In this document: one piece after another, positions 8,791 through 18,561 of the stretch | How positions within the stretch are numbered: the stretch's first letter is position 1 | Layout: every line of letters starts with the position of its first letter | NCBI GenBank assembly: GCA_963740195.1 | Contig: CAVUDF010000001.1 | Location: forward strand, 919,494 to 983,493 | Reading direction: 5' to 3' | Source of the DNA: an uncultured Planctomycetota bacterium | Lineage (GTDB): Bacteria; Planctomycetota; Phycisphaerae; Tepidisphaerales; Tepidisphaeraceae | Length of the DNA: 64,000 bases | Translations under genes and position numbers: made by a program | The notes under the pieces: model-generated | Told to the model about the DNA's origin: nothing | Seen by the model: the letters and a program-made list of their open reading frames with translations, nothing else | Databases searched by the model: none

Positions 8791-10086
8791 AGCCTCGGCC
8801 GCAGCGGACGGCAGGGAGAGCGTCGCCCGCGTTCCTCTTCCTGCGTTGCTTTCGATCGTAAACGTGCCGCCGCTGCGCTCGGCGATGAGTCGGACCAGGA
8901 ACAGGCCCAGTCCCATTCCCTGCCCCGGGTCCTTGGTCGTGAAGAACGGCTCCGTCGCCCGCCTGGCCGTGTCAGCATCCATGCCTGGCCCTTCATCCGT
9001 GACGATGAAGCGAACGAAGCTTTCCACTTCGAGAACTTCGGCAGTGACGACTCGGTCCGTACCTGTTTCGTCGGACGCCTCGAACGCGTTGCTTACCAGA
9101 AGCTCGACCGCCTGACGAACCGCCCGAGGCGGAGCCGCGACGTCGGCAGACGTGCGAAGCGAAATGTCGAAGCGGGAGCGACGATCTGCCGAAAGCCCGG
9201 TGGCGATCGCTTCAAGAACGGCAGAGGGAGTCGCGAGCCCCGGCTCGTCGGTTGTGCGGCCGGCCACATCGCCGCGGAGGTGCTCAAGGATCTGGCGGCA
9301 GCGCTCAACCTGCTGACGAACCAGCGTCGCGTCCTCGGCGAGCGCGTCATCGCCGAGCTTCTTCGCGGCTAGTTCCATCTCTCGACTGGTCACCGCGATG
9401 GTCGCCAGTGGTGTCCCCAATTCGTGAGCCGCACCTGCCGCCAGCGTCGTCACCGCGGCGAGCCGTTCACCTACCTGGGCCTGCTCGCGAACACGTGTCA
9501 GCTCGTCTTCGCGCCGCCTCAGACCGGCAACGACTCGGGTGACAAAGTACCCGACGAGCACGATGACTAGGAGTAGCGACAGTGCCCGTCCTCCCGGCAA
9601 CGCCTGGCCCGGCAGGGTGTCGCCGCTCGGATCCAACGGCCGGTGGACGACCATGATCAAGCCGTAGCAGGCGGCAACGACGGCGACGACGACCCAGGTC
9701 CAACGTGAGCCGAGAACGCTTGCGGCCAGGGCCACATGCAGGACGTACAGCAGGGCAAACGGGTTGGTCGCCCCTCCCGTGAAGTAGAGCAGGCTCGTCA
9801 ACAGGACGATGTCCGCTACGACCACGCCCGCCGCGGCCGCGTTCGGGGGGTGTTCGAAACGCGTCAGAGCCCAGACCAGCATAATGTTGGTGACCACCGT
9901 CGTCAGGACGACCGCCGCCAAAGGTCGCCAGTCGTAGCCGATGCCCAGGAGGCTGATCGCCAGCCCGATGGCGACAAATTGACCGGCGGCAGCAAGCCAG
10001 CGGAGCCGGACCAGCCACTGCAGCACTATTAAAGAATCCGTTGACCCGGCTGGCGGAAGCCGGTCCCGTGGCAGAACCTTCGACAT
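8782..10086 (-). CDS. regB: RegB/ActS/PrrB-type redox-sensing histidine kinase (6 TM)
   Basis: Six predicted TM helices. The RegB ubiquinone-binding heptapeptide GGxxNPF is present as YFTGGATNPFALLY. H-box is AAHELGTPLATI; HATPase G-boxes are DEGPGMD and GQGMGLGL. It converges on and overlaps the regA-like gene by 9 nt. Confidence 0.75.
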   Translation of the reverse strand: MSKVLPRDRLPPAGSTDSLIVLQWLVRLRWLAAAGQFVAIGLAISLLGIGYDWRPLAAVVLTTVVTNIMLVWALTRFEHPPNAAAAGVVVADIVLLTSLLYFTGGATNPFALLYVLHVALAASVLGSRWTWVVVAVVAACYGLIMVVHRPLDPSGDTLPGQALPGGRALSLLLVIVLVGYFVTRVVAGLRRREDELTRVREQAQVGERLAAVTTLAAGAAHELGTPLATIAVTSREMELAAKKLGDDALAEDATLVRQQVERCRQILEHLRGDVAGRTTDEPGLATPSAVLEAIATGLSADRRSRFDISLRTSADVAAPPRAVRQAVELLVSNAFEASDETGTDRVVTAEVLEVESFVRFIVTDEGPGMDADTARRATEPFFTTKDPGQGMGLGLFLVRLIAERSGGTFTIESNAGRGTRATLSLPSAAAEASL

Positions 10087-10155
10087 CGCTTAAGAGTACG
10101 AATTCTTCGAAAGGTCTGTGCACGATGCACGTCCACTTGTAGATGTGGTAACCTG

Positions 10156-12244
10156 TTGCCGCTTCTTCTACCGAAACACGGGCCGACCTGCGGTCCGGCG
10201 GCGAGGCTGACGCTCATGCACGCATCTCAAGGTGATACATCTGGCCTCCATCAAACCACGGTGGCCGATGACTTTCCGGCCGGCGTAGGCGAAGCGGTAC
10301 AGCGGCTGGGGCACGACCTGCTCTTCCTGCTTACCGACGATGGCGTCATCTCCTCTGCCAACAGGAAGGCTGTCGAGGTCATCGCAAGGCCGCGCAACGA
10401 AGTAGTCAACCGCCCGCTTCGCGACTTTGTCCATGCTGGAGATCGCATCATCCTGGAGGGCGACGATGTTGTCGGCACGCTCAACACGATCGACGGGACG
10501 CACGTCGATCTTCGCATCCATGTCGGTGACGGACGCTATCAACTCGTCAGCGGGACGATGACGGACCTTCGTGAAGATCCGAAGTTCAGCTCGATCTTGC
10601 TCTCGCTTCGGCCTGTGGGAGAGCCGGCCAAGCAGGTCGCCAATCGGCAACTCTTGTTGCATGCAGTCGAAGCGGCGAACAGCAGCATCGTCATCGCACA
10701 AGCTGGAACCGACGACTTGCCGCTCGTGTACGCCAACTCCGGCTTTCGGCAGATCACCGGGTACGACGAGGATGAGATCGTCGGGAAAAACTGCCGCTTT
10801 CTACAGGCCCGGGACGGTGACGCCGGGCACCGCGACGAGGCCAACACCGCCGAACATGCGGACGACGAAATCGATCAGGCAAGAGCGCATCCGGACGATT
10901 CGCAAAGGAATCGAGGAGCGAAAGTTCGTAAATACAACGCTTCGCAACTACCGCAAGAACGGCGAGCTCTTCTACAACGATCTCTTCCTAACGCCGGTCG
11001 ACAGCAACGGCGTTTTTGCGGGCTTCATCGGCGTACAGAACGACGTGACGGACCGGGTGCTGGCACAGCGGGAGCTTCGTCAACGAGGGCGACTTCTTCA
11101 GGGCTTCTTCGACTCCGCCCCGATGCTGATGGCCGTTGTGCGGGTCGGGCGCGGGGAGCTGGAAACTTCATCTTTCGATGGTGGTCGTGGCCAAGATTAC
11201 GGCGCGGGTGAGTTCGATCGGCTTGAGCAGACAACGCATGATCTTCTGGCCAACGATGGCGAAGAGGCAGCGATGGTTGCAGGAAATACCCGCCACATCG
11301 TGATGAACGACGCAGCGGTCGCGCACTATGGAGTGAATCGGGAGGAAGTCGAAGGGGTGACGCTTGATCACCTCGGCTTCGACGCCGCCGGACGCCGTAG
11401 TTGGGCTACCGCTCTTGCGCGTGCAGCACAGACAGGGAAGCCGCAACGTTTTGAAGCCACACGTGAATCGGGTGACGACAGATTTCGTCTCAGCGTCACC
11501 GTCGGGCCCGTCAAGGATGGCTCGACCCACCGCGGCACCTTCTGCTATCTCGCTCAGGACGTCACGCTCCAGCGAAGCCTCGAGCGACAGGTACTTGACG
11601 CGCAGGAGCGTGAGCGCGAACGCCTCGGCAGAGACCTGCATGACACGGTGGCACAGCAGCTCCAAATGCTGACTCTGCTGGTCGGCAACGCCCGGGCAGA
11701 ACTGCTCGAACATGCGTCGCCAGATGCGGGCGTCATCGAGCAGCTAGGCGAGGCCATCGAACAGGCGTCGCTCGCGGCAAAGCAGGCGCGCGACTTGAGC
11801 CACACGCTCGGGGCCGTCGACATCCACGAGCGTGGCCTAGCGCGGGGCTTGGAGCTGCTTGCAAGTCGGGTGCAGCTTTCTTACGGCTGCACCGTCAGTG
11901 TTGACGCAAATGCCGACGCCGAGCCGGTGTCGCAAGCCCGGGCTGTTCAGCTCTTCCGCATCGCAGGTGAAGCCACCGCCAATGCGGCCCGGCACGCCAA
12001 ACCCTCAGCCATCGCGATCCGCCTTCAGGAAGATGACGATGGTCGGGCGTTGCTGACGGTCGACGACGATGGCAGCGGCATTCCCGATCAAGCGATAGCG
12101 GGTGGCGGGGCGGACGGCGGGACTGGGATCGGTATCAACTCCATGGGCTACCGCGCCGCGTTGATCGGCGGGACCTTCGGCATCGGGCGTCGCAGCACTG
12201 GCGGTACGCGGGTTTCAGTCCGCTTCCCGATCGCCGGTGCCTGA
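10156..12244 (+). CDS. LOV-domain sensor histidine kinase (PAS-LOV-PAS-HisKA_3-HATPase), one frameshift
   Basis: LOV flavin-binding motif DDLPLVYANSGFRQITGYDEDEIVGKNCRFLQ (conserved Cys). The LOV core continues as IRTIRKGIEERKFVNTTLRNYRKNGELFYNDLFLTPV...FIGVQNDVT in ORF 10571.. (frame +1), with the break at about 10885. Downstream are a PAS domain, a HisKA_3 H-box (ERERLGRDLHDTVAQQL) and a HATPase_c domain. Confidence 0.8.
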
Positions 12245-12532
12245 CTCCGCGTCGTCGGACGCTGCCGGCGTATCTTCAACCTCTGGCTGGGTGCGACGGC
12301 TGACATCTTCCGAAACGTGCTCGTACACCGTCGCCAAGAAGCCGAGCAGTCGAAACTTTGATCGGGCACTGCGCTCGAAGGGCGGCTTGCCGAGCTTCTG
12401 CAGGGCGTTGTCGCGGCCGAGCGGCGCGGGATCAACCAGGGCTTCACACGACGCACCGAGGTAGAACGCGGCTCGCACTTCTTCGGCAGAAGGAGCATCC
12501 GGGGCGGGCTGTTGCGGGTCGAGATCGTTCAT
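12215..12532 (-). CDS. hypothetical 105-aa protein, start overlaps SNF2 stop (ATGA coupling)
   Basis: ORF with acidic termini and no recognisable domain. Its ATG overlaps the stop codon of the SNF2-family gene. It also overlaps the LOV kinase 3' end by 30 nt on the other strand, so it could be spurious. Confidence 0.3.
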   Translation of the reverse strand: MNDLDPQQPAPDAPSAEEVRAAFYLGASCEALVDPAPLGRDNALQKLGKPPFERSARSKFRLLGFLATVYEHVSEDVSRRTQPEVEDTPAASDDAESGTGDREAD

Positions 12533-15500
12533 GCGGCGTCATCCAATTCGTCATCGCCGAAGTCGTCGTCGAAGTCCTGCGCCGCCTGCTGTGCGGCAGA
12601 GGTGACGGAAGCGGGCATGGCGCGGTTGAGCGAGAGGTACTCGCGAAGCTCGCCGGTCGACAGTTCCGTCAGCCACTCGTCTCCGCTGCCGACGATGTTT
12701 TGAGCAAGGGCCGTCTTCTCGGCGAGCATCTTGTCGATCCGCTCTTCGACGGTGCCGATGGTGACGAACTTGTGCACCTGCACACGCCTGGTCTGACCAA
12801 TGCGGTAGGCACGGTCGGTCGCCTGATTCTCGACGGCCGGATTCCACCAGCGGTCGTAGTGGAACACGTGGGTCGCGGCGGTGAGGTTCAGGCCCAGCCC
12901 GCCGGCACGAAGGCTGAGCAGGAAGACGTCCGCCCCTTCGCCGGGCTTGCTGTTCTGGAAGTCGATGACCATCTCCTCGCGCTTGGGCTGAGGCGTTCCG
13001 CCGTGGAGGAAGTCGACCCGCCGGCCGAGCCGATGATGGAGCATCTGAACGAGTAGATCGCCCATCTTGCGATACTGCGTGAAGACAAGCGCTTTTTCAC
13101 CTTCTTCGACGACCTCTTCGAGCATCTCGGCCAGCCGCATCGCTTTGCCGCTGCGGGCGAGCTGCTGAACGATCTTGGGCCCACCCTCCGGCGGGCTGTC
13201 GGCCAACAGTGCCGGGTGATCGCAAATCTGCTTGAGCTTGGTAAGAACGCTCAGGATCAGGCCGCGACGTCGGATGCCGCTGGCGGTATCGATTCGGCCC
13301 AGCATGTCGCCCGTGACCGACTCGTACGCCGCCGCCTGCTCCGTGGTCAGGCCACAGAAGACGCTCATCTCCATCTTCTCCGGCAGGTCGGCGGCGACCT
13401 CCGGCTCGTCCTTGGTCCGTCGAAGGATGAACGGCCGAATCATCTCCCGCAGTCGCCTGGCACGACCACGATCGCCGTGCTTCTCGATCGGGATGGCGAA
13501 CCGCTCGCGGAACTCGCCTTGGCTGCCGAGCAGGCCCGGGTTGAGCAGGTCCATGATCGACCACAGCTCGCCGAGATGGTTCTCGACCGGCGTACCGGTC
13601 AGCGCGATCCGCCGCGGGGCGTCCAGCATCCGGACGGCCCGGCTGCTGGCGGCGTTGGGGTTTTTCACCTTCTGAGCTTCGTCGAGCACGACGCGGTTCC
13701 AGCGAACGAGGCGGAAATCGTCTTGGTCGCGATGCGACAGGGCATAGCTGGTGATGATGACGTCGCTCTCGTTGGCCGCCTTGGCGAAGGCTTCACCCTT
13801 GAGCCGGCCGGGGCCGTGGTGCGGCAGGATTCGCAGCTGCGGCGCGAATCGGCCCAGCTCCCGTGCCCAGTTGCCGAGCACGCTGGTCGGCACGAAGAGC
13901 AACGTCGGCGGGACGTTGATCGGCTCGTCGGGATTCTCGTGCGCCCGCTCGTGCTCGTTGAGCAGGAGGGCGATGAGCTGAATCGTCTTGCCGAGACCCA
14001 TGTCGTCTGCCAGGACGCCGCCCAGGCCCAGGCGATCGAGGAAGGCCATCCACCGAAGGCCGCGAAGCTGGTAGGGACGAAGTTCGCCCTTGAAGGTTTC
14101 GGGCTGCTGAATGGTCCCGGCCTTGTCGGGCGACTGCTCGAGTAATTCGTCCACCCAGTGGAGCCCTGAGAGCCGAACCGCCGGCGCAACGCCGCCACTG
14201 GTGCGAAACTCGCCGAGTCCGAAGCCGGCGCGAAATGCTTCGCCGAGCGTGAGTGTTCCCGGGGGCCGACGGTCCATCAACTCCGCAGCCGCCGCAGCGG
14301 CTTGTAGATCGACCTCGATCCAGCGTCCGCCACGCCGCACCAGCGGCTGGCCCTGGCGGACGAGCATGCGGAACTCCTCGATGTCGATGTTCTCTCCGCC
14401 GACGGCGACGCGCCAGTCGAAGCTGAGCAGGGCATCGAGCCCGATCCGTGAGGAGCCTGCAGACTCTTCGCCCGGGCGAAGCTCCATGACAACCTCGACC
14501 CGCGCCTCCTGCGAACCGGCCCAGCCGGGAAGCCGCACGTCGAAGCCGGCGTCCTGCAAAGCTTCTGCCCAGTCCCGCGTCAGGCCGAAGGCTTCGGTCG
14601 GCGACAGGACCAGGTGGGTCTTGCGTTCGGGTGCGGTCGCTGCGGAGGCATCGCCCGCACCGCCTTCGAAGCGCCCGTGACAGCGGCGGTAGGAAGTCGG
14701 CAGCCCGGCCCAGCTCGGCGGCGAGTCGCTCGCGAAGCCGAACGGCGTTTCGGCCGACGTAGCCGATGCTCCCGGCCGGCTGATCCCACACTTGACGCGC
14801 AGGAAGCGGGGCGAAATGGCCCACCAGTTCCACCGGCGGAAGTAGCTGCCACGTCAAGGGCCAGCCGGCCGCGGATGTCGGAAGGTGCTCTTCCTGAACT
14901 TCGGCAATGCCAAGAAGGTCTCGCGCCTGGGCCGAATCCGGTTCCACAAGTTCGAAGCCGAGTCGCCACGGATCGCCGCCGTCGTCGCCGAGGCGGGCCG
15001 TCCAGGTTTGAACCTTGTCGAGCAGTTTTGCGACTTCGCGATCAAGCCCGCGAACGTGGCACAGCGACGGGTCGTCGACGATGGCTTCCGGGTTGCGGAC
15101 CAAAGCGACTCACCCACCGAACCTCCGCATCGGCCGAGTCATCGGCGGCACGGTCGTGGACGCCGGTGAAGAAGTCGTCCTTCGAAAGCGACTCGCGAAC
15201 GAGCATGTCGCAGCACGTGTCCAGGACCTGCTCGATCAGTTCGAGCCGATCGGCCACACGCCCGCCCCCTTCGTCGGCACAGAAGCAGACCCCGGGCATG
15301 GCTGCAGCGACGGCTTCGAGCCGCTCGACGTCGCGCGGGTCGCCGACCAACAGTCGCCAAGACGCGATAACGCCATGCTGCGATCGCCTTGCAGACGGGT
15401 AGAACTGCTCGCGTGCCACGGCCGCCTCGGCAAAGGCCAGCAAGCTCGCCAGCGACACCAGCGCGGCAGACGACGAGTCGTCGACAGGCGCGCAGCGTCT

Positions 15501-15783
15501 CAAGGATCTCACGACCCGCGATCGGCCGTGCGGGAAGATCGATCGGCGCGTCATTCTCCGGCAGAAGTGCGGGGATCGTCTGGGTGCTCGACTCGTCCCA
15601 AAGCCAGAGCAAGCCGTTGTGCCACGTGGCCTCTACGGAGGCAACGGCATCGGCGGTTGAAGACGCGTCGGCAGAGGCGTCGAGCGGCCTCATTGGGTCG
15701 GACAGGTGCATGGGCGGATACGTCGTCTCCCTTAGCTCGAACGCGTCGGTGCGTCCGCGGCGAGGGATCGACAGGGTAGTCAC
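12529..15783 (-). CDS. SNF2-family DNA-dependent ATPase/helicase with long N-terminal extension, at least 3 frameshifts
   Basis: C-terminal 676-aa ORF carries SNF2_N motifs (LADDMGLGKTIQ, DEAQKVKN, ALTGTPVENH) and helicase-C motifs (LVFTQY..., LSLRAGGLGLNLTAATHVFHYDRWWNPAVENQATDRAYRIGQ). Coding-like segments continue upstream in three other frames (ORFs 13793..15103, 15042..15554, 15139..15783). Confidence 0.7.
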
Positions 15784-15827
15784 GCCCAGCCACGGTCATG
15801 CTCATCAAATAGTCGCACGCCGTCACT

Positions 15828-16979
15828 TCAATCGATCACCTCGACGGTGCTCAACCCCTCTAAAAGCATGTCGTAGACCATCGCAATGTCCTCGTCGCCA
15901 AGACGGATGCATCCCATCGATGCGTTGGTACCGATCGTTTCCGGCTCGATCGTGCCGTGGATGCCGTAGCTGGGCTGGCCGAGCGCGTCGCCTGCGACGC
16001 CGGTGAGGCCGATCCAGCGTTCGCCCAGCGGATTCTTCGGATCATCGGCGGCGTAGACCTCGCTGGTCCGCGGGTTCGTCCACTGCGGGTTGACGAGCTT
16101 GCTGTTGCGGGTGACTTCCCACGTGCCCGTCGGCGTGGAGCTGTCGGCACCGAGGCCGACGGGGAAGCTCGTCAGGTACATGCTCCCCGGCCGCCCCGGC
16201 AGGTTGCCGAGGTAGACGTCCATGACGAAGCCCGACTTGCTCACCGTCGCGTGCAGCGGGCCCTGCAGGGTCTTGAGCGACTGCCCGAGGCGGATCCGGT
16301 CAGCACGAACGCCGTTGATACGAGCGAGCAGGCCGTACGGAACCTTCAGCGGCCGCGCGATCTTGCTGAGCAGGTCCCCGGACGCGACGACGTGCTCGCC
16401 CTGGAACGGGTCGTCCTTAAACCGCTTACTCGGAGTGAAAACGATCACGCGGTTGAGCAACTGGAGCCGCTCCTTGATCTCTTTCGTCGTTGCGGTGTCG
16501 GTGGTGCCGGACTGCAACGCCTGGTTCAACAACTCCCGGGCGGCCAGGAGGTCGCCGGTGTCCATCAGCGCCTGCGACTTGCCCATGAAGTCACCCGACG
16601 GAGCATCGGGTTTCTCGACGGGGGCAAAAGGGGACGCGATCGGCGCCGGTTCGGATGCCGCGGCAAGGACGGCATCGGGTTCGTCGTCGCTATCGAGATT
16701 CCACTCGTCGGCCGAGGCTTCTTTAGGGTTCAGCGGCGTGCTGGTCCGCAGAATCGGCACGGCAGTCTGGGCTGGTGGATCGGGTTCAACCTCGGGCGTC
16801 GGCTTCTCGGCAACGTTGTCGCCGGACGGCTCGGCGGTGGCGACGGAGTCGTCTGCGTCACGTGCAAACGGGTTGAAGGCGTACAACGCGAAGGCGGCGC
16901 AGCCGACGAGCAGGAGGGCGACGAGGCCGCGGCTCAGCAGGCGGCCTCGGCGACGGGAACTGGAGCGAAGTGTGGCCAT
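15828..16979 (-). CDS. L,D-transpeptidase with LysM domain, membrane-anchored
   Basis: N-terminal TM. LysM-like motif GDLLSKIARPLKVPYGLLARINGV. YkuD catalytic motif YGIHGT...SMGCIRL. Confidence 0.8.
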   Translation of the reverse strand: MATLRSSSRRRGRLLSRGLVALLLVGCAAFALYAFNPFARDADDSVATAEPSGDNVAEKPTPEVEPDPPAQTAVPILRTSTPLNPKEASADEWNLDSDDEPDAVLAAASEPAPIASPFAPVEKPDAPSGDFMGKSQALMDTGDLLAARELLNQALQSGTTDTATTKEIKERLQLLNRVIVFTPSKRFKDDPFQGEHVVASGDLLSKIARPLKVPYGLLARINGVRADRIRLGQSLKTLQGPLHATVSKSGFVMDVYLGNLPGRPGSMYLTSFPVGLGADSSTPTGTWEVTRNSKLVNPQWTNPRTSEVYAADDPKNPLGERWIGLTGVAGDALGQPSYGIHGTIEPETIGTNASMGCIRLGDEDIAMVYDMLLEGLSTVEVID

Positions 16980-17095
16980 GGCGTCACCTCCGTGCGACGT
17001 GAGAATCGTTTATCCGCCGACGCATCCGAACGTCGGCCGCCGCCCGTGCAGGCGACGCGGCAAGACTATCAACTACGGCCCGAAGTGCCAGACGT

Positions 17096-17647
17096 TCATG
17101 ACTTAGCGACGTGGATCGTCCGGGAAGGCGTGATGATGGCGTTGACCCGGCGGTCGTGAGCCTCGGTTGGTACGGCATCCAGAACGCGGTCGTCGCCGCA
17201 GACGCCGCAGGCAAAGGCTGCCGGCATCGAAGCGAGCAGGCGGTCGTAGTACCCACCTCCCCGCCCTAGTCGCTCGCCGGTGAGCGAAAAGGCAACGCCC
17301 GGCACGAGCACAAACGCTGGCTCGACCGTCGCTGAAACGGCGGGTCCTGCCGGCTCGGGAACGCCACATCCGCCGAGACGCCATAGCGATGTCGGTCCCG
17401 CGTCGGCCAGCACGAGCCTGTCAGCCTCGACGCGGGTTGCAAGGGTCGTCAGGTCGCGCTGCCACGCCTGCATCAAGAGCGGCGTGACGTCAGGCTCGTC
17501 TCCGGACGGGGCGAATGCGACGAAAACTCGCGCTTCTACCCACTCACGAAGATCATCGAGTCGGGTGGCCTGGATGGCCGGGGCGGCTGCTTGTCGCTTC
17601 TGGCGCAACTCGGCTCGAAGCGAGGCTTTCGTCGCCGTGGCGGTCAC
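17096..17647 (-). CDS. 5-formyltetrahydrofolate cyclo-ligase
   Basis: 183 aa with the MTHFS signature GRGGGYYDR and conserved fold. Its start overlaps the stop of the upstream PEP-CTERM gene by 4 nt. Confidence 0.75.
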   Translation of the reverse strand: MTATATKASLRAELRQKRQAAAPAIQATRLDDLREWVEARVFVAFAPSGDEPDVTPLLMQAWQRDLTTLATRVEADRLVLADAGPTSLWRLGGCGVPEPAGPAVSATVEPAFVLVPGVAFSLTGERLGRGGGYYDRLLASMPAAFACGVCGDDRVLDAVPTEAHDRRVNAIITPSRTIHVAKS

Positions 17648-18495
17648 GGCCGGTCTCGACGGAGCAGAATGCCCGAAAGCACCGCGAGCCCGCCCGCTGC
17701 CAGAGGTTCTGGGACGGCTGTCACTCCCGCTGCGCTGTCGATGCGGATGTTGTCGAATCCGAAAGCGTCAAAGCTTCGGCCTGTTCCGATCGGGTCGTAT
17801 CTGAAGCTGAAGACGATGCTTTCGCCGCTCGGCAGGCTTGCCCCCGGCAGCAATGATGTGAGCGGTTGGACGGTAACGGAGGAGTCAGAAGCATTCGGCG
17901 ACACGCTGACGAAGGACGCCGCAGCAACTGGCGTGTAGATGAGGCCTGCGTCGGTTGTCTGAGCGGTGCTGCCGTCATCGGCCATCGTTGCGTACGACGT
18001 CGTCAGGCTGAAGCCGTTGTCCTTGTCATTGGTCGACAGGAAGTCCAAAGACACGGTCAGATTGCCGAGTGCGGTGCCGGTGTTGTTGTAGAAGCGGGCG
18101 TAGAAGGTGCCGGGCGAGACGTTGTCGATGTCCGGCCTGATAATCACCGCACTATCGTTGGACGATCGCATCAGCGGGAACAGGCCTGGCGTCCCGGAAA
18201 TCCCAGAGGGGGATCTTGGCGTTGTCTTCTGGGTGAAGCCCCCTCCGAACGAGTCATCCACGTTGAAGGTGGCACCAGAACCATTGGTGTTGATCGCAAA
18301 CGTGCCCGAGTCGAGCAGGCCGGCGTTGATCTGTGACGACAGCTTTGAGAGGCCACCGCCGGCAAACGTGTCAAAGTCGGCCTCGGCGGAGTGGCCGTTG
18401 CTGGTGGGCTGGAACTCGATCCGGCCAGCACTCACTGCATCGATGGTGACAACAGCAAAGAATAATCCGACAGCTAGACAAGCAAAATCTCTCAA
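17644..18495 (-). CDS. secreted protein with C-terminal PEP-CTERM sorting signal
   Basis: N-terminal signal peptide. C-terminus VPEPLAAGGLAVLSGILLRRDRP (PEP motif, hydrophobic helix, Arg cluster). Confidence 0.7.
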   Translation of the reverse strand: MRDFACLAVGLFFAVVTIDAVSAGRIEFQPTSNGHSAEADFDTFAGGGLSKLSSQINAGLLDSGTFAINTNGSGATFNVDDSFGGGFTQKTTPRSPSGISGTPGLFPLMRSSNDSAVIIRPDIDNVSPGTFYARFYNNTGTALGNLTVSLDFLSTNDKDNGFSLTTSYATMADDGSTAQTTDAGLIYTPVAAASFVSVSPNASDSSVTVQPLTSLLPGASLPSGESIVFSFRYDPIGTGRSFDAFGFDNIRIDSAAGVTAVPEPLAAGGLAVLSGILLRRDRP

Positions 18496-18561
18496 GAAGG
18501 CCCCTTTGTGCCGGGCAGACTACCGCTTCAGGCGTCTACTGCCAAGCTTTTCAGCCTTCTG

